From Oopsacas minuta (Eukaryota; Animalia; Porifera): a DNA stretch of 64,000 nt. The notes below the pieces were generated by a model that saw nothing but the letters and a program-made list of their open reading frames with translations, was not told the DNA's origin and made no database searches. The stretch covers positions 30,339-94,338 of the forward strand of contig JAKMXF010000018.1 of NCBI GenBank assembly GCA_024704765.1. The letters run 5' to 3'. Positions 43,601-54,500 of the stretch are shown here, in pieces (position 1 is the first letter of the stretch; each line of letters begins with the position of its first letter). Position numbers and translations under genes: made by a program.

Positions 43601-45711
43601 GAAGAGGTATTCAAGGCTTTGGCTAAGAACTACGGAGCTGAATCAGTGAGATTATTCAGTGATCAACTGACTAAACTTATGACGTCACAACAGGAGACTG
43701 AGCAGAGATTAGGCTTAGAACTAGCAGCTGGTATTCTCATGGGGTCTAAGCACTGGCGGTGGGAACAAGTCTCAGAGCTTGAGAAGATTTTGGCACCAGC
43801 GTTCTTCCAGGGCATAAAGGTAATAAGTAAGGAGACCTCTCCTAATTGGGCTACATTCCTGAGCCGTATTTTATTCAAGAGAGATCCTAGACGCTTCTTC
43901 TGGCTGTGGAATGGTCTGTTAAAGGACCTGATGGATCCATCAGATTCCTGTTTCACTAATGCTATGAGATTACTGCTATGTGATTGTGCTGTATTTTACG
44001 GTTCTTGGAGAATACCCGGTTTTAAGCACGCTCTGTTAAAGAGATTAATTCCTCATCTATCTAGTCCCTACCAGATGCTGCGATCTAGGATTGCTAGATT
44101 TCTGGTCACCGTGTTCTCGGAAGAGGGTCCTCTTGCTGTTTCCCTCTACTCCCCCTCTAGACAGCTGTTCCTCTCCAAGTTAGAGGTACTCTCCCTATCT
44201 CAGGGTAAATTATCATCTCTAGACACTCCTGATAGAGACAGAGTGTTATGTGAAATTAAGGTGGTAGCTGAATTCCTGACTAGGACAGCTAAACTACTCA
44301 GATTCGCACCAGAGCTGCTGTTGCTAGGGGAGACCATTCTGACACATAGGAATGCTATAGAAGAGGATGAATTAACTCACATACTGGACTCCCTTGCTCA
44401 CTCCTTATCTCTCCTAGAAATACCGCATCAAGCAGTACCTACACTAATTGCTGTATTCCAGAAAATGCCATATGAAGAGAATTGGCAGACTAAACTAGGC
44501 AAGCTGTACCTCTTCCAAGTTCTGACATTTGGGAATTTATTTACTGTGCTGTCACACGGGGCCCTGGTTGTATCAGCTATTAGAAATGTACTCCTGTCTC
44601 TGCTGGGAGATCAAAGGGTAGAGGTTAGGGACCAGGCGGCTGAGTCTCTATCCGGATTGGTTCGATGCGGATTCTACTCCAATGATGACGTCATATCGTT
44701 TGTACAGGATTTCACTGAGCAGTTGGGGCCCCCGCCTCAAGGGCGCAGAGCTCGGAAGCGTATAGAGTCTGACCTACTGGCTAAGAAGCACTCTGGACTA
44801 TTGGGACTGGGTGCTATAGTCCTCGCTTATCCCTACTCGATCCCTCAGTTCCTCCCGACAGTCCTCATGCTCGTGGGAGCATTCCTACAAGCGACACCTC
44901 CCCTCCAAGGGTCCGCTAAACATGTCCTCTCAGAATTCAAGCGGACACATTGGGACCAGTGGGAGGTACACAGGGTTGCCTTCTCTGACGCTCAGCTGGC
45001 TGACCTACGGGGGATGTTGGTATCTCCAACTTACTATGTTTGATTTTGTGAGATTAGTTTTGTAATTTAATTAAAATCTCTGTTGTATTTGTTATTCATT
45101 CATTAATGGTAGTATACTGCTTATTATATACATTCCTAATGACTATTGTCGTTACTAGGCTCCTGTCATCAGCTCCTCCCTCCGTCACGGTAACGCTCTC
45201 CCTCTTAGACAGACCCCTTCCCCTAAGTTTTCTTCTGGACAGATTGCTAGTCCCCTCGAGAGGGTATCCTCTCCAGGGTACCAGTTGCCCCCTCATAGAC
45301 ACATGACACCTACTCATGATGATCCTACACAGGTACCTATCCGTGTTTAGTGTAACGATTACTGTACTCAGTGTTTGTATTTACTTGTTTGTTTAGGAAT
45401 TAGTTTCATCAAGGGAGAGACCAGTAGCAGAGCCTAGAGTAAGCTATACAGATACTACAATACGTATTAGTATGTTATAGTTATAATATAGATATCAATG
45501 ATACAGCAGAGAAGTATAGCTAGTCCACAGACCAGAATGCCTGTAAGACAGAATATAGCTAGACCTCAAATCCGCACTCCACAAGGTTTGTTTGTTTGTT
45601 TGTTTGTTGTGTATATATAAATTGTTGTTATTCACAGCTCTGAGCGGCAGAACACCCCGTTCCTTACAAGCTCCCTCTCCTATCAGAGCCCGCTCAAGCA
45701 GAGACAGCTGA
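34611..45711 (+). CDS. CAP-Gly + coiled-coil protein with long S/P/R-rich tail; host gene for two nested genes
   Basis: CAP-Gly motif [31 protein letters not shown] and coiled-coil exons. The 3' exon chain is phase-compatible: 36750-36828, 36888-37015, 38810-39007, 39078-39202, 45159-45332, 45397-45438, 45492-45585, 45638-45711. Confidence 0.7.
37067..38762 (-). CDS. ALDH5A1: Succinate-semialdehyde dehydrogenase (NAD+), nested antisense
   Basis: [23 protein letters not shown], catalytic ELGGNAPF and [30 protein letters not shown]. Confidence 0.93.
39528..45043 (+). CDS. PSME4: Proteasome activator PA200/Blm10; essentially one 5.4-kb exon
   Basis: 1784-codon ORF with [70 protein letters not shown] and the C-terminal proteasome-gating motif SPTYYV. 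The start is inferred from a micro-exon ATG GTT AA (39528-39535) spliced to 39604; this start is uncertain. Confidence 0.93.
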
Positions 45712-45844
45712 TTAAACAGCTGTGTATATAGGATGTAACATTTTGTGCTGAATTGTTTTTATTTTGGTGTTTTTATATATGTGATACATTCAAAATATGT
45801 TTATTAAATTAATCAATCTTCTGTTTATACTTTTGTGAGTTAGC

Positions 45845-47424
45845 ATGTCAGCTGATTGGAGTATAGACGGGAGGGCAGAGGTGTTAGCTATCAGGAACAG
45901 GATAAGAGAGGTGGTGGAGTATATGAAGTTTGAGTTATGTCCGGGGAAAGAGCTGATTGAGCTGACGTTAGGTGACCCTACCTGCTGTGGTATACTGCCT
46001 CCTCATCCCGATGTTCTTAAGGCAGTCTCTGACTCGGTCCTATCCGGTCTGCATAACGGGTACAAAATGTCTAAAGGGTCTGAGGAGGCACGGCAGGCTC
46101 TGGCAGATAAGTACAGTTCTCCAGGCTCTGTCCTATCACCAGATGATGTGTATCTAACTCATGGATGCTCTGGTAAGTTACAGTTAACCTCGTTAATAAG
46201 GACATTGTATGACAGTCTGTTGGTTTTCGTAATAACGAGGTTATGTTATGAGTATAGGAGCGATACAGTTCGCTTTCCAGGCTCTCCTGTCTCCCGGACA
46301 GAATGTGTTAACACCTCGTCCAGGATTCAGTGTATATAACACAATGTGTAGTTCCTTACAGATAGAGAATAGACTGTATAGGCTAGATCCTGCCAGGACA
46401 TACGAGGCTGATCTGACAGATTTGGAGAGTAAAATAGACTCAAATACCGGCGCTATTGTAGTGAATAATCCATCTAATCCTTGCGGTAGTGTATACTCCC
46501 ATCAACACCTCATGGATATACTCACGGTAAGTATAGTAATCAGCTGATTAGCATATGTTAGTACAGTTCTGTTAGTTAGCTGAGAAGTACAGACTTCCTA
46601 TAATAGCAGATGAAGTATACGGTAATATGACATACAGTGGTAACAAGTTCTATCAGCTGGGATCTATCTCTGAATCAGTGCCTGTACTCTCTTGTAGCTC
46701 TCTAGCTAAGATATGGTTAGTTCCTGGCTGGAGACTAGGCTGGCTTGTTATACATAACAAGAAAGGAATATTAAGACAGTCTGTTTATGATTCTTTTAAT
46801 AAGCTGAGTACTCTAACGCTTGGTCCCTGCTCACTCATACAAGGTAAGCTACTGTGTTACGTCATCAGGACAACTGATTATGTTATTATTAGGCGCCCTC
46901 CCTAAGATACTGTCAGTTCCACAGAGCTGGCATGATGACGTCACTAGGCATATTGAGTGTACTGCTCTCACTTGCTACAATTCTCTACAGAAAGCTCCTG
47001 GCTTAACTCCTATAAAACCACAGGTAAGCTTGATACAGTAGTGTATATGCAACTTATGTGACGTCATATGTATAGGGAGCTATGTACATTATGATAGAGA
47101 TAGATTTCTCAAAGTTTCCTGATATTCCTAACATATCAGAATTCGTGCAACTACTCTGTAAGGAAACTTCTGTCAAACTCATGCCTGGATCTGTAAGTAT
47201 CTATCATTTATACCGGTTATAAGATCATGTATTGCTGCTCCTGAGAGTGTTTCTATAACCTGTGTACACTGTATTAATTATTATTATTATTATTATTATT
47301 ATTGCATGATTAGTGCTTTGAGACGAACACAGCCATCAGGATTGTAACAGTAGACAAGAAAGAGAAGATGCAAGAGGCCTGTGACAGGATCTGTGAGTTC
47401 TGTAGCAATCACTTCAAACCTTAA
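45845..47424 (+). CDS. TAT: Tyrosine aminotransferase
   Basis: LGDPT, NGYKMSKG, PRPGFSVY, NNPSNPCGSVY, IADEVY, PLP-lysine motif SLAKIWLVPGWRLGW and C-terminal ACDRICEFC. Confidence 0.93.
46179..46243. mobile_element. About 65-bp hairpin MITE family B (Tc1/pogo-like ends) filling TAT intron 1
   Basis: Inverted repeat TAACCTCGTTA (46185-46195) / TAACGAGGTTA (46233-46243). Related copies with the TTAATACGAACACCAACGGAC core lie at about 16810-16872, 18780-18835 and 54833-54890. Confidence 0.7.
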
Positions 47425-47513
47425 TTAATTTCAACGAATTTCGTAATTAGAGTTACTCACAATTCAATTATACTTATTTGTTAATAATTTGATAATAATA
47501 AATATTTATAAAA

Positions 47514-49099
47514 TCAGTCCACCAGGTCTAGAGAGTCCATGTATGCTCTGCCAGATGATACCCCTCCGTCCTCTGTTTGTGCTCCTTTAGATCTCACTAG
47601 ATATCCTGCCGTGACGTCATGTGATAGTTTATCCCCCCTGGCTATATAGAATCCAAATACTCCTATTTCCTGGATAGTGTTAGTCAGTTCTAGACAATCC
47701 TTATTATGTCTGGGGGATATTAAGTAATTGGGAGTAAGGGGGGCTCTTAGACGCTCCATCAGGATATAAGCACCTCTCTCCTCCTTCCCTTCTAATCTCC
47801 TAGCATTACATTAGTATTATATTATATTGTAAGAATATTGGTTTACTTACTTTAGCATGTCAACCAGTTCTTGTCCGAAGTAGTTATTACCGCCTCCTTC
47901 TCTCTGAGGCTTCAGGACCCATAGGTCCGGATGTGTGATCCCGTCTTTAGCCATCTGATCTCCCTCTGGAGAGTTACACAAGGAGAATTGTTTGGCGAAT
48001 AAGTTCATGAGTTTATTCCTTTCCTCTTTGCTAGAGTCCCATAAGAATTTGTCTAATGTTTCAGGGTCAGTTAGTCGTTGCTGCATTCTTTTGGTACCAC
48101 ACAGTTGCATAGCAACGTCTGGTATTTGCAGAGCCTTACTTCCCTCTAACATAGCTCGTACTCTCCAGACATCTTCTGAGTAGTGTGAGGGGTCATAGCC
48201 TATTCTGTAGTAGCAGACACTTATCTATTAATAGCCCTCACTTAAACAGTAATATATATACAAGTTATCCGTTATGTTACCTCTGTATCGCCAATGAATA
48301 TTCTCCTGTCTACTACTCGCATACATCTAACTAACTCTTCCAAATCCTTACGTATAACAGGCAAATGCTGTTCAGACTGCAGGAGAGCCATCATGTAATT
48401 CTGATCGTAGAAATTAGTATCATTTTCTGTGACTACTATTAATATGCTGGTGGTCTGTGCCTCCGGTACTGTATGTATATACTCTAGGTTAGCTAACGCC
48501 AGGAGGTCGGCTGTACGCTCTGCTGCTTGATTGAGTGGCGGAGCTGGTGTTCTCTTGAAAACAGCTGATATGTGTTTGTGTGCTATCTGTACTCTCTGAC
48601 TCATGGTGGCTAGGGACACGGATATTGTATTAACCTCTACCTGCTTCATGCTACACTCATGTCCCGAGCAATGTAGCATGTAATCACTACGTAGCAAACC
48701 TGGAATACAAATCGTAACAACAAATTACATACATAGGAATGTGTAATTACCAACAGCTGATCTGGTGTTACGAGCTGCCTGTGTATGTACACATATCTCC
48801 CATAATCTCTTTATGAACTCATCTCCTAGTACAGATTGGAGGGTACTCTCCAGAAACATATAGTCTCTGGATACCCGGCGATACAGCGTGTTTATCATAG
48901 GTTGCATGTCTAGTACGGACTTGTAGTGAGTACTAGAGAGAGGAGAGGGGAAGAGGGTACACGGGATCTGTCTCTGACTTTCCCCCACTGGTGCTGCTGG
49001 GTCTAAAAATAGCACTCCCTCTCTTGCCAGCATTGTATGTCCCATGCGGTATACGCTAGCTGGTCCGTCTGGGAATAGAGATAAGTCTAACGAAGACAT
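47514..49099 (-). CDS. GSS: Glutathione synthetase (eukaryotic type)
   Basis: PCTLFPS, RSDYM, KQVEVNTIS, CGTKRMQQ, VLKPQREGGGNN, MERLRAP, ELGVFG-like EIGVFG, GYLVRSK...GGVSSG..YMDS. Confidence 0.95.
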
Positions 49100-49277
49100 T
49101 TGAAATTACACAGGCCTATCTGTATTTATAGTAGCTAATGGAATGTAACACATTTCTAACTCAGTAGGGCAGATAAATTAGTCTATAATCACTCTAAGGT
49201 CATAAATAGATGGAATCATTCTATATAGCGAATAGCAGCAAACAAATTAATCATATGAATAACTCGAATAACTAGCT

Positions 49278-52200
49278 ATGTCAATTGTTAAGAGTCTCGA
49301 GCAATTGAAAGCATTCCCTGACTACGCTAACAAGAGCTATCCCATACATCTAGCAGCAGCAAGAGGGGACATAGCATTCCTGCAAACCCTCAAGAATAAT
49401 TTGGATTTGAATACAATCAAAATGAAGGATGGTTTGGGAGCTACTCCGTTACACGTAGCAACACGTGAGGGTAAAATGGAATGCTTAGAATGGTTGCTGG
49501 TTAACACAAGTAAGTTATGTATGTTATATTCCGAGCTGAGTAATTATTTAATTTATAGATTTGTCAGTTACGGATAAAGCGACAGCAGGAGAGACACCAC
49601 TCCATGTGGCGGGGGCTAGAGGTCACGTGTCTATCCTACAGCTGTTAGTTCGACACACTCCCTCAGACACCTCAGAGGATAGAGCAGCTGTTCTACTGGT
49701 GAGGGATAACAACGATCTAACAGTTCTCCATCTAGCAGCCCTGAAAGGTCACCAGTCAGTAGTCAACTGGATAGTGATGGAGTATAAGACATACATTACT
49801 CCAGTTAGTTATACAAGTAATCATTCTAGTTATGTGTTACTACCCCTATTTATAGTTGATGGAGACCGGATACGTAACACCAGCACATCTAGCTGCATCA
49901 GTCGGACACCTTGAGATCCTCCGGACCCTCCTTTCCTCTGCCAATCGGTTCAACGGATGGGCAGATGCCCGAGACACCGAGGGCACCCCTATCGCTTACT
50001 TTGCCGCCCAAGAGGGTAGATTGGAATGTTTGAAGTTTCTATTAGAGGAGTTGAGCGCTGATCCTAAGGCTGCCTCTACTGACGGAATGACAGCTATGCA
50101 CGCTGCTGCTCAATCTGGGAATGACGTCATAATTAGGTATGTGATTGCTTAATAAAATGAATTCCTTATCTAATCTGTGTTACTACAGATATTATGTGGA
50201 GAGATTAGGTAGTGACGTAATCACATGGAGAACTGGGGATAGAGCTATTCCTTTACACTTCGCAGCCGCTTTAGGACATTCCAGCACGGTTACTCTGTTA
50301 CTAGGATACGACAAGACAGGAATGAGCGTATCTGCTACAGATGACAAGTTAGGTGAGTATTGCATACAATAATAGTATAGTCTATTTTTACGTCATAATG
50401 TGTAGTGACACCTCTGCATGAGACTCTACAGCTGGGACAGACTGAATCCGCGCGTATTTTAATAGAGGGGGGTGCTGACGTCACTGCTAAAGACTCTCAG
50501 GGCAGATCTGCTCTCTCTGTTGTTACTCAGGATGCATTCCATCCATGCCATGCCGTTGTCATGCAAGCTGTTAAAGGTTCTGTGAGTAATGAGAGTGATG
50601 AAGAGTCGGTTAGGAATAGAATTCCAAAGGCTCGAGGTGATAACAAGGATGTCGTGTCAGAAGCTATGATAGAAATTCCTGAATCTGACCAATCATTAGT
50701 CAGCGAGAAAATTGAATCTTTGGATTCTACGGAATTTGTTGTAGTGTCTTCACATTCTAGCGAGACTACTCCGTTACTAAGCAACAGTTCACAGGATCAA
50801 AATGCAGACAGAAGGAAGAGTCTAGCCGAGCAGTCCTACTCTCTGTCCCCCTTACTAACTGACCCCTCTCCTCCTGTCGACAAGTTCCTGGCGGGGATGG
50901 GCCGCAGGACAGCGAGAAGGCAACTAAGATGGCTGTCACGGCCAGTAGAGGTTCCTACCCAATCAGTTCCCGATGTTCCTGCTGTCCCTATGGAACCTGT
51001 CACCTTCCATGAGGAAATACAGCTAGCCTCTCAGCGCATACAGCCTGTCTTAGAGACACACAAGAGACAGGTCAGTAGCTTTGTGCAAGAGAGAATGAAT
51101 CTACTAACTAATCATCCCAGCAGTACCGACCCCAATCATCAGGTCCAGTTGTCTCCTGTCCTCGAGGATACCCCTGTAACACCTCCAGATGATATACCAG
51201 CTGATTTACCAGTTAGTGCTGAGCGACAATTCTTCTACGGCAGAGAGAGTGATGACGTAACTCAGTCTCACTCAGAGAGTACTCTCTTATCGGAGCATAC
51301 TTCTACTCCTGGTGCTGCCTCTGATCCTCAAGCAGAGGAACATACGACACAGGTGTCACTAACAGCTGACGAACACTCCCCTACTGACCAATCAGATTCC
51401 TCTCTGAGTGATGAAGTAGAAGCTCTACTGTGTGATGACGTAATAACGGATCCATGCCCCACCCTCGGACTCCCAGACCCGAAGATTATGGATACTGACC
51501 TAACCGAGGATAAGCCCAAGAAGTACCGCTTCTCAGGGCTCAGACGGATCGGACGTCTTCTGGGTAGAAAGGACAGAGAGGTTACGAGAGACAGTGCTGC
51601 AGCGTTTGAAGCTATTATGCAAAGGAATCTGATAATTCAGGAACAGATACGGTCTGCTCCCTTCCCATCGATACCCCCGGGGATTCTAGGCCCTGTTGCT
51701 ACAAGTACCGCTGTCAGGCAGCCAGTTAGTCCGCCTATCTGGCATCCGGGACAGCTCCAGTCAGAGGAACAGAGTACAGCCAGTCCTGAGCACCCTAGTT
51801 CCACCACGGACACATCTCCCCAAGTAACAGCTAGACGGATCCGTCCTTCTGTCGGACAAGCTCGTCCTATCTCCACTACAATTGCTATTGATACTGCTGT
51901 ACCACACGAACTAACTGAACTACCTTCCTTGCCTTTCACAGGTCAGAATACTCACGTCACGTCAACACCCCCGGTTACACATGACCCAGAGACAGCTTTG
52001 GAGGTTAGACAGAGAGCTGAGAAGATTAGCGATAGAATAGCTGACCTAACTCAGTCATTGCTAGGAGCAGGTGCTCCAGTAACTCACTCTTACACCCCAC
52101 ACATGGTATACAAGCCCTCTAGTCCAATCCTACCCTCTAAACCAATCCTGCCCTCTAAACCAATTCAGCCCTCTAAACCAATTCAGCCCTCTAAACCAAT

Positions 52201-53011
52201 CCTGCCCTCTAAACCAATTCAGCCCTCTAAACCAGTCCTGCCCTCTATCCCAGTTGTCGTACCAGCTGCTACAGTATTAACAGAGCATAATACACAAGAT
52301 AAGGTACCAGTGACGTCACACTGTGTGACCACTAGCTATGACGTACCTAGCTGGTCGGAGGCCCGGGAGTATCTGAGACGTGTTACTGCTAGACAGAGAC
52401 AGACACCTCAGGACGAAGAGGAGGAACCAACATTTAGCGACTTATCAGTCACGAATGAAGGAGAGAGAGAACCAGCTCCTACCTCACTAGATATCTCCGT
52501 TGTTACTACCGATCCGATAAAAGAGGCAGACAGCTCACCTGCTCCCCAAGAGCTGATCCGCCCAGCCTCTACCGATCCTTCCCAGGAGTCTAACGTGTCC
52601 AGACTGAGAGAAATGTTCAAGGAAAGCGGTTCCATCCATCCCCAACACCTCAGGGAGTCTGCACTCAGATATGGGGCCTTACAATCCCCGCCAAATCCAG
52701 GAAAGACATTCCAGACTCGTCTAGAGGCTCTCCCCAGTCCGACAAGACCTGTTAAGAACTCAAAGGCAGTAAAGAAACTGCCGATAGTGCGGGAAGAAGT
52801 TAGGAGCGCTTCTGAGCTGCTTAAAGACATGTTCCTGTCCAGAGGGGTACAGCAGAGAAATGTTACCCCCTCTAAACCTGACTCCCCTCCCTCTCCCACT
52901 GATCAGGAGGTCTGGGCAGGAGGGAGACATAGTCTTAGGACAGAGGTACAGGTGTTAAGTCTTAGCGGACAAGTCAGAGATAGAATGAAACGATTCAATC
53001 CAGTAAATTGA
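49278..53011 (+). CDS. Espin/forked-like ankyrin-repeat protein with long disordered C-terminus
   Basis: About 9 ankyrin repeats. AYFAAQEGRLECLKFLLEELSADPKAASTDGMTAMHAAAQSG...IPLHFAAALGH closely parallels espin repeats. A 2.6-kb low-complexity last exon follows. Confidence 0.7.
52124..52249 (+). repeat. 7 x 18-bp coding tandem repeat (P-I-L/Q-P-S-K)
   Basis: ccaatcctRccctctaaa / ccaattcagccctctaaa units encode PILPSKPILPSKPIQPSKPIQPSKPILPSKPIQPSKPVLPSI. Confidence 0.95.
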
Positions 53012-53059
53012 TTTATATTTATTCTAACATATTTCTATTTCATTTTATAATTAACAAGC

Positions 53060-54323
53060 ATGTTGAGTAGAATGCTCACTAAGTTACCATGGCAACCAAT
53101 CCCCTCGTTTAGAATGGCATCTTCAATTGAACAGCTGAAGGTGTGTCTGGTCGGTTCTGGGAACTGGGGTAGCGCAGTGGCGAAGATAATCGGGAATAAT
53201 GTGACACGGTTAGAGGGGTTCTCTCGTGACGTCACTATGTATGTCTATGAAGAGATAGTGGATGGAGAGAAACTTAGCGAAGTTATAAACTCACGTCATG
53301 AGAATGTTAAGTATCTCCCTGGGATAAAGCTACCGACTAACGTACGTGCGGAGCCTGACCTCGTCTCCTCGGCCAGTAACGCAGACATCTTGGTATTTGT
53401 AGTTCCACACCAATTCGTTCCGGGAATATGCGCAAAGCTGAAAGGTAGCATTAAGCCAGGGGCTGTGGGGGTGTCACTGATTAAGGGATTAGATGCGAAT
53501 GTTGGGGGCAAATTGGAACTGGTCTCAGAGACAATTGCGAGTTCTCTGCAGATTCCAATGAGTGTGCTTATGGGAGCTAACATAGCAACCGAGGTTGCTC
53601 AGGAATGTCATTGCGAGGCAACCCTTGGATGCAAGAACAGTGCGCAAGGTATGTGTATCATGACGTCACGACATATCAACTTAGCACAAATATATTTATT
53701 AGGTTCTATGCTGAAGAGAATTTTCAGTACTGATTACTTCAAGATAGAAGTAGTGGATGACCTGGAGGCCGTAGAGATGTGTGGGGCGCTTAAGAATGTT
53801 GTAGCTTGTGCTGCTGGGTTTGCAGATGGAATGGATTTAGGTTCCAATACCAAAGCAGCAATAATCAGAATAGGTAAGTAATACTAATAAATTGATAATT
53901 CACGATAACACCTCGCATTATTCCCTGGATACCTGGATGGGGGTAGGAATGTAATTATACTTCATTAAAGGTCTAGTTGAGATGATGAGCATCATAAAGA
54001 GTTTGTTTCCTGATTCAAAGAAGAAAACATACTTTCAGTCATGCGGCGTTGCTGACCTAATCACAACCTGCTTCGGAGGGAGGAACAGACGAATTTCTGA
54101 GGCATTTGTCAGGACTGGTAAGTCCCTGGCTGTACTTGAAGCAGAAATGCTGAACGGACAGAAACTACAGGGACCAGCCACCGCACAGCTGATTTATAAG
54201 ATTTTAGAGAAAGAGGCGTTCAAGATAGAAGTCCCACTATTCGTGAAAGTCTACCAAATTTGTTTTGAGGGAATCTCCCCTCGCTCCCTTTTAGAAATAT
54301 TTAGTATAGTTTCTAATCTCTGA
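53060..54323 (+). CDS. GPD1: NAD-dependent glycerol-3-phosphate dehydrogenase
   Basis: GSGNWGSAVA, ENVKYLPG, FVVPHQF, SLIKG, GANIATEVA, GALKNVVACAAGF, GSNTKAAIIRIG, SCGVADLITTCFGGRNRR, GQKLQG. Confidence 0.96.
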
Positions 54324-54500
54324 AGTATAAACATTACGAAGTGTGAAATTTGAAGTTTCTAAATATTCTGAGTTATTTATTTATTTATTATTAACACATC
54401 AAACAGCTGATTATTTCTAATACGAACTAATACCTAACATATACCACAAACAATCTCTAAACTAATCACTGCAGTAACTGGTAATAACTAGTGGGGTCTG

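Noticed and set aside
40741-43956. Antisense ORFs within PSME4, and similar ones within clathrin, SSADH, the espin-like gene and GPD1
   Set aside because: Short shadow ORFs opposite strong coding regions, with no recognisable motifs.
45106-45306. 66-aa signal-peptide ORF after PSME4
   Set aside because: A different frame starting at acceptor 45159 forms a phase-consistent multi-exon chain, which explains the region better.
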